Assembly: GCA_943359415.1 (NCBI GenBank)
Contig: CALRHQ010000001.1
Span: 1 to 38,069, forward strand
DNA from: Candidatus Peribacteria bacterium
GTDB lineage: Bacteria > Patescibacteriota > Gracilibacteria > UBA1369 > LOWO2-01-FULL-3
Direction of reading: 5' to 3'
Length of the DNA stretch: 38,069 nt
Made by a program: the position numbers and the translations under genes. The stretch's first letter is position 1, and every line of letters begins with the position of its first letter. This document shows positions 26,216 to 33,806 of this stretch, one piece after another. The notes beneath the pieces were generated by a model, which was given only the letters and a program-made list of their open reading frames with translations, searched no databases and was not told the DNA's origin.

Positions 26216-27691
26216 TTATTTTTTTCTTTTCGTCACAACTTTTCCAAGGGCTACAGACAAAGCCAAAAGTCCAAGCAATTCAGGTCCAGTCTCAGCCAAA
26301 GTCACTTTCTTTATAATACCTTCACTTTCATTTCCTGCTGCATCTTTTTGAGTGATTTTGAACCAATATTCTCCAGGAATAAGATCTTTCACCGAATATT
26401 TTGTATCAGTGCCATCTAGACTGGCTTTTTTTGCATAGCTTGTTCCTTGATCTTCACTCATGTAAACAAGTTGTTCTTTTGTATCAGTTTTATTTTCCAC
26501 TGGATTTTCCCATGAAAGATTTACGACATATTTTCCTGCATCAAAAACATATGCAGCCATAAGTTTAGCCACATCTTTTGGTGGCAAAATATCTTCAATA
26601 TTGGCAGGAGGTTTCACTTCTTTTACTCCGGTAAATTCACCGGTTGCTTTAGAAGAACTGATTTCATTTCCACCATTATCTTTTAATCCAAGGACTGAAA
26701 CCGTGTATTTCTTTTCAGCTTGAGAAGAAGTTGTCACGATAGCTGAAGAATCTTCAACATTTTCAGTATTTTTCCCAAGTTCAACACCCAAAACCTGCAA
26801 TTGTTTAGTAGCATCTGCAGCTTCCACGATATTAAAATTTTGAGAAGGATCAATTCCTAAGACAATAGTCTCGTTGAAAGTCACAATAACATGGGTATTA
26901 TCCATTGGTTCGACTTTTACCACTTCAGGTCCTTTCGTATCTTCAGCGACCTTATTTGCACCACTACCGTCAAATTCTGCGGTATCTGAAGTTCCACTGA
27001 TTATAGTATTTCCAAATGTATCCTCTACATCGATTCCAACAGTAAGTTTATATTTTGATTTTTCTGTCTGTGGAGCAGTTGTAAGGACAACGGTTTTATT
27101 ATTTTTATCCTCTTCGTCCATTTCAGCTTTTAGAATTGCTAAAGGTTCAAGAGTATCTTCATCTTCTATTTGAAAAGCATCTTCAGGTTTATCTTTTGGA
27201 ATAACGACAGCTTCAGAAAAAACAACTTTTACTTGTTCTTTACTCAGAGCTGTAGCCTTTGAAACTTGAGGCGCAGTGTTATCTTTTGCTTCAGGAGCAT
27301 CGGCAGTTGGAGTGACGGATGCTTCCGGAGCTCCCCAGTTTGCACTTTCATTTTTCGCTTCATCGTAGGCAATTATTGAAAAATAGTATTTTTTACCATT
27401 TTCAAGACCTGTAACATTGTATGTTAGAACATTGCCAACATCCTTGATGAAAGCATATTTTTCTCCTGGATTTTGCACAGACTTAACGTCATAGTGCACT
27501 TGATATCCGGCAACCTTCAAATTGTCGGTTGCAGCGTCCCATGAGATTTTTGCACCTGCATTCAGGGCAATTCCTTTGAGACCTATCACGTCACTTGGCG
27601 GGTTTTTATCAACAGCAGCAAATGCCGTAAAGCCCATAGACATGACCACAACGGCCAGTGATGCAATTAGTTTTGAGAATACGTTCTTCAT
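26216..27691 (-). CDS. Surface protein with FN3 and Ig-like domains and a C-terminal LPXTG-type (LAETG) sorting signal
   Basis: Signal peptide. FN3 patterns (ISWDAATDNLKVAGYQVHY...YYFSIIAYDEAKNES; LSWENP...YWFKITQKDAAGNES). The C-terminus LAETG + GPELLGLLALSVALG + KVVTKRKK has the motif/hydrophobic/basic-tail layout. Confidence 0.75.
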   Translation of the reverse strand: MKNVFSKLIASLAVVVMSMGFTAFAAVDKNPPSDVIGLKGIALNAGAKISWDAATDNLKVAGYQVHYDVKSVQNPGEKYAFIKDVGNVLTYNVTGLENGKKYYFSIIAYDEAKNESANWGAPEASVTPTADAPEAKDNTAPQVSKATALSKEQVKVVFSEAVVIPKDKPEDAFQIEDEDTLEPLAILKAEMDEEDKNNKTVVLTTAPQTEKSKYKLTVGIDVEDTFGNTIISGTSDTAEFDGSGANKVAEDTKGPEVVKVEPMDNTHVIVTFNETIVLGIDPSQNFNIVEAADATKQLQVLGVELGKNTENVEDSSAIVTTSSQAEKKYTVSVLGLKDNGGNEISSSKATGEFTGVKEVKPPANIEDILPPKDVAKLMAAYVFDAGKYVVNLSWENPVENKTDTKEQLVYMSEDQGTSYAKKASLDGTDTKYSVKDLIPGEYWFKITQKDAAGNESEGIIKKVTLAETGPELLGLLALSVALGKVVTKRKK

Positions 27692-27796
27692 TTTTATTTT
27701 TGTTATTTTTTCTTTGTATCATGGAATTATAGCAAAAAACGCTGGATTTATCAACCCCCTTTTCATTAGAATGTCCTAAGAAATAAAAACGACAAA

Positions 27797-28570
27797 ATGA
27801 ACATCAAGATAGACGAAAGTATCTTCAAGCAATATACAGGCCTAAAAATAGGTGTAATAATAATAAGAAACATAAACAACAATAGACGGATTTCTTATAT
27901 ACAAAGTCTGCTTCGTGGTATTTGGGCTCAACGCCAAAAAGAATTTGAGAACAAAGAAATACATGATGAACCGTACATAAAAGCATGGGACGAGGCATTT
28001 GGAATGTTTGGAATTTCACCATTAAAACATCAACACGTAGTTGCAAAATTGCTTTCTAGAGCCAAAGAAGGGGAGGAAGTAGTTCATAAAACTTCACTGG
28101 AAGACATATGTAGATATTTTAATCTTAAATATTTACTTCCAGTTCGTGCAAAAGATATAGATTGGCTTTGTGGAGATCTAAATTTGCTTTATACAAAGGG
28201 TGGTGAGCCATTTAGACCGGTAAATTCGATAGAGGTTTACAATGCAGGTGAGGGGGAAGTTTCATACATGGACAAAGGTGGAATAGTGCAGAGATATTGG
28301 AATTATCGCGAATGTGAAAGAACAAAAATAACAATGCGTACAGTAAATGCGACATTTATTGTTGAGGATTTGAGCAATATGCATCTCGATAAATTTGGCG
28401 AAATATTACGAGAAATGGGAATGAATATCATAAAATACATAGGTGGCGAAATAGAAGAATACATACTTACTCCGGAAAATCCTTCGGTTGAATTGGGAGT
28501 GGAAGGTAGGCGAACGGCGGACGATTCAAAAATTCCGCTTCAAGAAAAAGCCTATTTCTTAAAAATCTAA
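27797..28570 (+). CDS. Stand-alone B3/B4 (PheT-like tRNA-binding) domain protein, COG3382-like
   Basis: 257 aa. Layout and blocks (GVIIIRNI..., KAWDEAFGMFGI..., LLPVRAKDID, ...YWNYRECERTKIT..T.NATFIVE) resemble B3_4-domain proteins. Assigned by eye only. Confidence 0.55.
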   Translation: MNIKIDESIFKQYTGLKIGVIIIRNINNNRRISYIQSLLRGIWAQRQKEFENKEIHDEPYIKAWDEAFGMFGISPLKHQHVVAKLLSRAKEGEEVVHKTSLEDICRYFNLKYLLPVRAKDIDWLCGDLNLLYTKGGEPFRPVNSIEVYNAGEGEVSYMDKGGIVQRYWNYRECERTKITMRTVNATFIVEDLSNMHLDKFGEILREMGMNIIKYIGGEIEEYILTPENPSVELGVEGRRTADDSKIPLQEKAYFLKI

Positions 28571-28573
28571 AAA

Positions 28574-30286
28574 ATGACAATAAAAGAACAAGTAAAATCC
28601 ATCCTTGAGAAAGCTGTATCAAAAACACTTAAACGTAATGAGCCTATAGACATGGCATATCCTGCAGATATTTCACACGGAGATTATGCGGCAAATATCG
28701 CGATGAAACTTGGAAAAATTATGCAAAAAAATCCAAGAGAAATAGCTGCTCAAATAGTGAAAAATATTCCAAAAAATACACTTATATCAAAAATCGAAAT
28801 AGCTGGACCAGGGTTCATAAACTTCTTCATTTCTGAAAAAGCCCTAAAAAGCGAAATGCTAAAAGTGCTCAAAGAGAAGGCAAAATATGGAAAATGTAAT
28901 GAAGGGAAAAAGAAGAAAGTCATCGTAGAATATAGTGCTCCAAATATTGCAAAACCGCTCGGAGTACATCATTTATTATCCACAGTCATAGGTCAGACAA
29001 TAAACAATATTTTGGGGTGTATCGGATACAAAACGATATCCATAAATCACATCGGAGATTGGGGAACACAGTTTGGAAAATTGATTTATGCATACAAAAA
29101 ATGGGGAAAAAAAGAAATTTTGGAAAAAGATCCCATCAACGAAATGCTGAAACTTTATGTAAAATTTCATGATGAAGCGGAAAAAGATCCAAAACTTGAG
29201 GACTTCGCAAGAAAGGAATTCAAAGATTTTGAAGAAGGAGATAAGGAAAATAGAAAATTATGGAAATGGTTTGTAGCTGAAAGTCTTAAAGATATAAACA
29301 AAACATACAAAAAATTGTCAGGAATAAAATTTGATTTCACTCTTGGAGAAAGCTTTTATGAAGATAAGATGGCGGATATTCTTGCGGAAGGAAAAAAGAA
29401 AAAAATATTTGTTGAAGGGGACGAAGGCTCATACATAGCAAAATTCGAAGATGAAAATATGTCTCCACTCGTGATTCAGAAAAAAGATGGGGCAACTTTA
29501 TACTCAACAAGAGATATCACTACTTTGCATTACCGCATAAATCACTGGCATCCGGAAAAGATTGTATACGTGGTAGATATGGCGCAAAATATGTATTTCA
29601 AGCAGTTGTTTGATGTTGCAAAAAGATTTTCATGGTACAAAAATGAAGCTGTTCACGTAAGTTTCGGAAGAATGAGAATGGCCGACATGCAAATGAGCAC
29701 AAGAAAAGGAAATATAATATTGCTAGATAAAGTGCTTGAGGAAGCCATAAAAAGAGCAAGAAAAATAATAGAAGAAAAAAGTCCTAATTTGAAAAACAAA
29801 GATGCTGTAGCAGAAATAGTGGGTATAGGTTCAGTAAAATACAATATACTTTCACAAAATCGAACCACTGATATAGTTTTCGATTGGGACAAAATGCTTT
29901 CTTTGGAAGGTAATAGCGCGCCATACATGCAATATACTTATGCAAGGGCTAGAAGTATTTTGAGAAAAGCAAAGATGGCTAAATCTTCAGGAAAAACAGT
30001 GGAGGATAAGGCAGAAATTTTAGAAAAAACGTCACAACTTTTACGCACAATTCCTAAATTCAAGGAAGAGCTGATTTATTCTGCACGTGAGTACAAGCCA
30101 AATTTATTATGTCAGTATTTATACGAATTGGCTCAAAAATTTAATTCTTTTTACAACTCAGTTCCTGTTTTGACAGCTAAAGAACCAAAAGATAGATTGT
30201 TTAGACTAAAAGTGGTCGAATCGGTGAGCCAGATCCTACAAAACGGCCTTGATTTACTTGGGGTTGCGGTGGTAGAAGAGATGTAA
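28574..30286 (+). CDS. argS: Arginine--tRNA ligase
   Basis: Class I HIGH-type motif (PLGVHHL), the DALR anticodon-binding C-terminus, and a terminal ...VVEEM typical of ArgRS. 570 aa. Confidence 0.95.
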   Translation: MTIKEQVKSILEKAVSKTLKRNEPIDMAYPADISHGDYAANIAMKLGKIMQKNPREIAAQIVKNIPKNTLISKIEIAGPGFINFFISEKALKSEMLKVLKEKAKYGKCNEGKKKKVIVEYSAPNIAKPLGVHHLLSTVIGQTINNILGCIGYKTISINHIGDWGTQFGKLIYAYKKWGKKEILEKDPINEMLKLYVKFHDEAEKDPKLEDFARKEFKDFEEGDKENRKLWKWFVAESLKDINKTYKKLSGIKFDFTLGESFYEDKMADILAEGKKKKIFVEGDEGSYIAKFEDENMSPLVIQKKDGATLYSTRDITTLHYRINHWHPEKIVYVVDMAQNMYFKQLFDVAKRFSWYKNEAVHVSFGRMRMADMQMSTRKGNIILLDKVLEEAIKRARKIIEEKSPNLKNKDAVAEIVGIGSVKYNILSQNRTTDIVFDWDKMLSLEGNSAPYMQYTYARARSILRKAKMAKSSGKTVEDKAEILEKTSQLLRTIPKFKEELIYSAREYKPNLLCQYLYELAQKFNSFYNSVPVLTAKEPKDRLFRLKVVESVSQILQNGLDLLGVAVVEEM

Positions 30287-30330
30287 TATAATTCGCGAGC
30301 TTTAAGATAACGACCAATCCTAAAAGCAAA

Positions 30331-30507
30331 ACGGCGAGCGCACGGAAAAACGGCGAGCGCACGGCGCGAGCGCGTAGCTAGCGAAGAATATGGCTCTGCC
30401 ATTTCTGAGCGACGCAAAGCCTACAAAATAGCGAGCGCACGGCGCGAGCGCGAACAAGTGAAGCGTGTGGCTATGCAACCGCTGAACGCAGTAAGCCTAC
30501 AAAATAT
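30331..30507. repeat. Tandem GC-rich repeat units immediately upstream of tRNA-Ser(UGA)
   Basis: ACGGCGAGCGCACGG occurs at 30331 and 30350. The exact 22-mer GCGAGCGCACGGCGCGAGCGCG occurs at 30353-30374 and 30431-30452. Each unit ends in AAGCCTACAAAATA (30417-30430, 30493-30506). The two ~78-nt units are diverged copies of each other. Confidence 0.85.
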
Positions 30508-30597
30508 GGAGAGATGGCCGAGTGGTTGAAGGCGACGGTCTTGAAAACCGCTAGGGGTGCAAACTCCTCGGGGGTTCGAATCCCTCTCTCTCCGCCA
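30508..30597 (+). tRNA. tRNA-Ser (anticodon UGA), CCA encoded
   Basis: Hand-folded. Acceptor stem GGAGAGA/TCTCTCC. Anticodon loop CTTGAAA with TGA at 30542-30544. Long variable arm AGGGG-TGCAAA-CTCCT. T-arm GGGGG-TTCGAAT-CCCTC. Discriminator G plus CCA. Confidence 0.9.
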
Positions 30598-30608
30598 TTA
30601 TTATAGTT

Positions 30609-30669
30609 GAGGGATGAGAAGTTTATGCCCCGCAGCGAAGCGAAGGGGTAAATCCCTCTCTCTCCGCCA
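30609..30669 (+). other. tRNA-Ser-linked module A: conserved arm + variable loop + exact copy of the upstream tRNA 3' end
   Basis: AGGGATGAGAAGTTTATGCCC (30610-30630) and GAAGGGGTAAATCCCTC (30642-30658) are identical to 33723-33743 and 33745-33761. The last 19 nt (30651-30669) equal tRNA positions 30579-30597. A T-run follows, then the ATG at 30687. Confidence 0.7.
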
Positions 30670-30686
30670 TTTTTAAAAAACTTCAC

Positions 30687-30920
30687 ATGCCAAATTGGAT
30701 ACAGCAAGAAAAACAATTAATCAAAGAATTTAGTTTTAAAAACTTCGTAGAAGCCATCAATTTCGTTAATCAAGTTGGGGTACTTGCTGAAAAAAACAAT
30801 CACCATCCGGATATTTTTATTTACAATTATAAAAATGTCCGACTCTCATTAAGAACACATAGTGAGGATAAAGTTACCGATAAAGATTATAAATTAGCTG
30901 AAGAAATTGATAAGATCTAA
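30687..30920 (+). CDS. Pterin-4-alpha-carbinolamine dehydratase (PCD/DCoH family)
   Basis: 77 aa. F.F.NF..A..F.N.V...AE..NHHPD....Y..V...L.TH pattern with the HHPD core. Confidence 0.8.
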   Translation: MPNWIQQEKQLIKEFSFKNFVEAINFVNQVGVLAEKNNHHPDIFIYNYKNVRLSLRTHSEDKVTDKDYKLAEEIDKI

Positions 30921-30977
30921 TTTTGTGAATTTATGGTATCCTAGTCGAGCATAAGAATAAATCAAACATAATAAAGA

Positions 30978-32630
30978 TTGGTACTAGAATCAATAATAAA
31001 TCTTGACCAAGCAATCCTTGCAAAGATCGAACCGCTTCAAACGGAATTTTTTATAAAAGTTTTTAAAATAATGACAGACTTCGGAAGCGTAGCGGCTATA
31101 CTTATTTTTACAATTTTACTTCTGATATTTTTACTTTCAAAGAAGGAAATCCAAAAATTTTACGCTGTTGCGTTTACTGCATTTGGAGCATTTTTGACGG
31201 AATTTATATTGAAATATACTGTGCTACGAGAACGTCCTGAAAGGATGATTGTATTTGAAGATGATCCAAGTTTTCCAAGTGGACACACGACAATGTCTTT
31301 CGTATTTTTCATGCTTTTATTTTTTATATTTAAGGACAAAATAAAAAACAAATTTTTGAAATTTATATTTTTTGTAAGCTGTTTGACATTCGCATCACTA
31401 ATAGGATTTAGCAGATTATATTTGCATGTACACAATCCATCGGATGTATTTGCAGGAATAGTTATTGCCATATTTTGGCTCAGCATAGGGCTGAATTTCG
31501 CAGAGGAAGTCATTGCACTGAAAAATATGATACTTAAATTTTTATACAAAAACATTGTAAAAAGAATTGTTTTTCTTTTTGATCCGGAAGATATACATGA
31601 TCATTTCAATAAGATTGGAAGATTTTTGGGAAGCAATGTTGTCACAAGATTATTTACACGGGCGATTTTTTATTATAAAAATGAAGTACTTAAGCAAAAA
31701 ATTCTAGGAATAAAATTCGAAAATCCGGTTGGACTTGCGGCAGGTTTTGATAAAAATATCGAGCTTTATAAAATTCTTCCTGAAGTTGGATTTGGATATG
31801 AAGAAGGTGGGTCAATAACAGGAGATAAATGCTATGGAAACCCAAGACCAAGACTGTGGAGGCTAAAAAAATCTCAAGGGCTTATAGTATATTATGGGTT
31901 AAACAATAAAGGTGCCGACGAAATTTCAAATAGGATTAAAAAAGAAAAATTCAAATTTCCATTAGGCGTAAGTGTTGCAAAAACAAACTGCGAACGCACA
32001 GCGATGTCGGATGAAGGAATCAAAGATTATTTAAAAGGATTTAATCTCACAAAAGAAATCTGTTCATACATGACGATAAATATTTCATGTCCAAATACGC
32101 ATGGAGGACAGCCATTTACGGATCCAGAGTCGTTAGCTAAATTGTTAAAAGTGATAGCGAAAAATAGAAATAAAAAACCTGTTTTTTTGAAAATGCCACC
32201 GGACTTAAAACGCTCGGAAATCGACGACATAATAGAAATAGCTGCAAAGTCTAAAATAGATGGATTTATTTGCACAAACCTCACAAAAGACAGGACAAAC
32301 AAAAAAATGATGACGAAAATTCACGAAAAAAATATCGTAGAATTTGGTGGGATAAGCGGGAAACCTGTCGAAGATTTATCTAATGAAACGATAAAATATA
32401 TTTACAAAAAAACGCAGGGCAAATCAATAATCATAGGAGTTGGAGGTATATTTAATGCAGAGGATGCTTATAAAAAAATACGACTTGGTGCATCACTTTT
32501 GCAGATGATTACTGGCATGATTTTTGAAGGACCTCAGGTCATAGGAGAGATCAATCAAGGCCTTGTAAAACTTCTAAAAAAAGACGGCCTTGAGAATATC
32601 TCGCAGGCCGTCGGAATCGATAACAAATAG
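30978..32630 (+). CDS. pyrD: Fusion protein: N-terminal PAP2 (type 2 phosphatidic acid/undecaprenyl-PP phosphatase-like) membrane domain + class-2-like dihydroorotate dehydrogenase
   Basis: TTG start at 30978. PAP2 motifs KYTVLRERP, PSGH and SRLYLHVHNPSD lie in residues ~79-156. From Met184 (ATG 31527) a full PyrD follows: LFDPEDIHD, FENPVGLAAGFDKN, GNPRPRLWRL, NISCPNT, GGISG, IGVGGI. There is no stop between the two parts. Confidence 0.8.
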   Translation: MVLESIINLDQAILAKIEPLQTEFFIKVFKIMTDFGSVAAILIFTILLLIFLLSKKEIQKFYAVAFTAFGAFLTEFILKYTVLRERPERMIVFEDDPSFPSGHTTMSFVFFMLLFFIFKDKIKNKFLKFIFFVSCLTFASLIGFSRLYLHVHNPSDVFAGIVIAIFWLSIGLNFAEEVIALKNMILKFLYKNIVKRIVFLFDPEDIHDHFNKIGRFLGSNVVTRLFTRAIFYYKNEVLKQKILGIKFENPVGLAAGFDKNIELYKILPEVGFGYEEGGSITGDKCYGNPRPRLWRLKKSQGLIVYYGLNNKGADEISNRIKKEKFKFPLGVSVAKTNCERTAMSDEGIKDYLKGFNLTKEICSYMTINISCPNTHGGQPFTDPESLAKLLKVIAKNRNKKPVFLKMPPDLKRSEIDDIIEIAAKSKIDGFICTNLTKDRTNKKMMTKIHEKNIVEFGGISGKPVEDLSNETIKYIYKKTQGKSIIIGVGGIFNAEDAYKKIRLGASLLQMITGMIFEGPQVIGEINQGLVKLLKKDGLENISQAVGIDNK

Positions 32631-32635
32631 ATTTA

Positions 32636-33454
32636 CTATTTTACCGGAAAGCTTTTTGAATCAGTTATATCAACAAAACTTTCTACTCCATCAACTTCGC
32701 CTTTTTCAGCTGCAGTTACATAGTATTCAACGCTTTCAGTGAATTTAAGCTTTAGATCACTTTTGACCTGTATAACCCCATCCTTTTCTGTGACAAGAGG
32801 CTTTGAAGGAACATTCGGTTCAACTATTACAAGTTTGTCATCTTTTCTTTGAACAACGTAAGCCGCTCCATCAAGACATGGATTAATTCCATTATCCGCA
32901 TAAGCTTTACACATGTTAACTTCAACAGTATATTCATCGGCTCCAACATCTTTGAACTCTACTAAGAAAGTTTCATCTTGTTTTGGTAGAGCACTTGGAG
33001 CAGAAATAGCCGGAAGCTCAATTCGGTCAGGCATAGGTACAGAAATTTCTTTCGATACATAAGTTCCATCTTCAAAAGTTATTTTTATAAGGAAATCATT
33101 AGAGCTTTTTTTGATATCATCTCCTTTCAAGACAACGCTACATTTGTGAGGAAATCTAGGCCTGTCACACATATTTCCACTTTCAGGTTCTTGATCACTT
33201 GTCTCACTTACATACATAAGTTTTGGATTTATAGCATCTGACAATTCAGAAGAATATAGGTCGCCAGCTTCATTTTCAGGCTCACTTAAGCCAAGATCAG
33301 GACGCTCCAAGTAAAGATCAAAATTCAAGAATTTATCCCCTCTCCATGAAATATTATCAAGAGTAAGATTAACTTTACTTGATGACGTAGCGCATCCGGT
33401 TAAGACAAACGAAGTAATAATAACTCCTGAAACTAATAATTTTAAATTCTTCAT
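32636..33454 (-). CDS. Hypothetical lipoprotein
   Basis: 272 aa. Signal peptide with lipobox (SFVLTGC). No recognised domain. Confidence 0.6.
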   Translation of the reverse strand: MKNLKLLVSGVIITSFVLTGCATSSSKVNLTLDNISWRGDKFLNFDLYLERPDLGLSEPENEAGDLYSSELSDAINPKLMYVSETSDQEPESGNMCDRPRFPHKCSVVLKGDDIKKSSNDFLIKITFEDGTYVSKEISVPMPDRIELPAISAPSALPKQDETFLVEFKDVGADEYTVEVNMCKAYADNGINPCLDGAAYVVQRKDDKLVIVEPNVPSKPLVTEKDGVIQVKSDLKLKFTESVEYYVTAAEKGEVDGVESFVDITDSKSFPVK

Positions 33455-33519
33455 AATTATTTTGTTAAATAGTAACTATATTTATAACTTTGATTAACCA
33501 AAAAAACAAGAAAATCACC

Positions 33520-33548
33520 TAGACTTTGTGTAATGTTTTCCATATAGT
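33520..33548 (+). promoter_or_regulatory. Candidate sigma70-type promoter for tRNA-Ser(GCU)
   Basis: TAGACT (33520-33525), a 17-nt spacer, then TATAGT (33543-33548), about 30 nt upstream of the tRNA 5' end. Pattern match only. Confidence 0.3.
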
Positions 33549-33578
33549 GATGTAGCTTTTTGACTAGCAAAACCCAAT

Positions 33579-33709
<131 letters not shown>

Positions 33710-33721
33710 GGATAAGATTGG

Positions 33722-33772
33722 TAGGGATGAGAAGTTTATGCCCAGAAGGGGTAAATCCCTCCCTCTCCGCCA
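33722..33772 (+). other. tRNA-Ser-linked module B: same conserved arm as module A + short loop + exact copy of the upstream tRNA 3' end
   Basis: The last 19 nt (33754-33772) equal tRNA positions 33653-33671, including the tRNA-specific CCTCTCC acceptor strand. A T-run follows, and the ppcA ATG is 35 nt downstream. Confidence 0.7.
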
Positions 33773-33806
33773 TTTTTTCCTACTCAAGATTTACCCGCCA
33801 AATCCT

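Noticed and set aside
26098-26419. Plus-strand ORFs 26098-26316 and 26210-26419, and the idea that the 102-nt hairpin is an SRP (4.5S) RNA
   Set aside because: The ORFs are low-complexity and run through the inverted repeat and antisense to the FN3 gene. The hairpin lacks the conserved SRP domain IV motifs and internal-loop pattern, and a perfect 26-bp stem is unlike 4.5S RNA.
30331-30507. GC-rich repeats as a small CRISPR array
   Set aside because: There are only two to three repeat copies with unequal, mutually homologous 'spacers'. A further copy sits at 2659 with no array, and there is no cas gene or leader in the window.
30151-30716. Minus-strand ORFs 30151-30417 and 30471-30716
   Set aside because: They run antisense through the argS 3' end, the GC-rich repeats and the tRNA-Ser gene. 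The Arg/Ala-rich products are an artefact of the GC-rich repeat and tRNA sequence.
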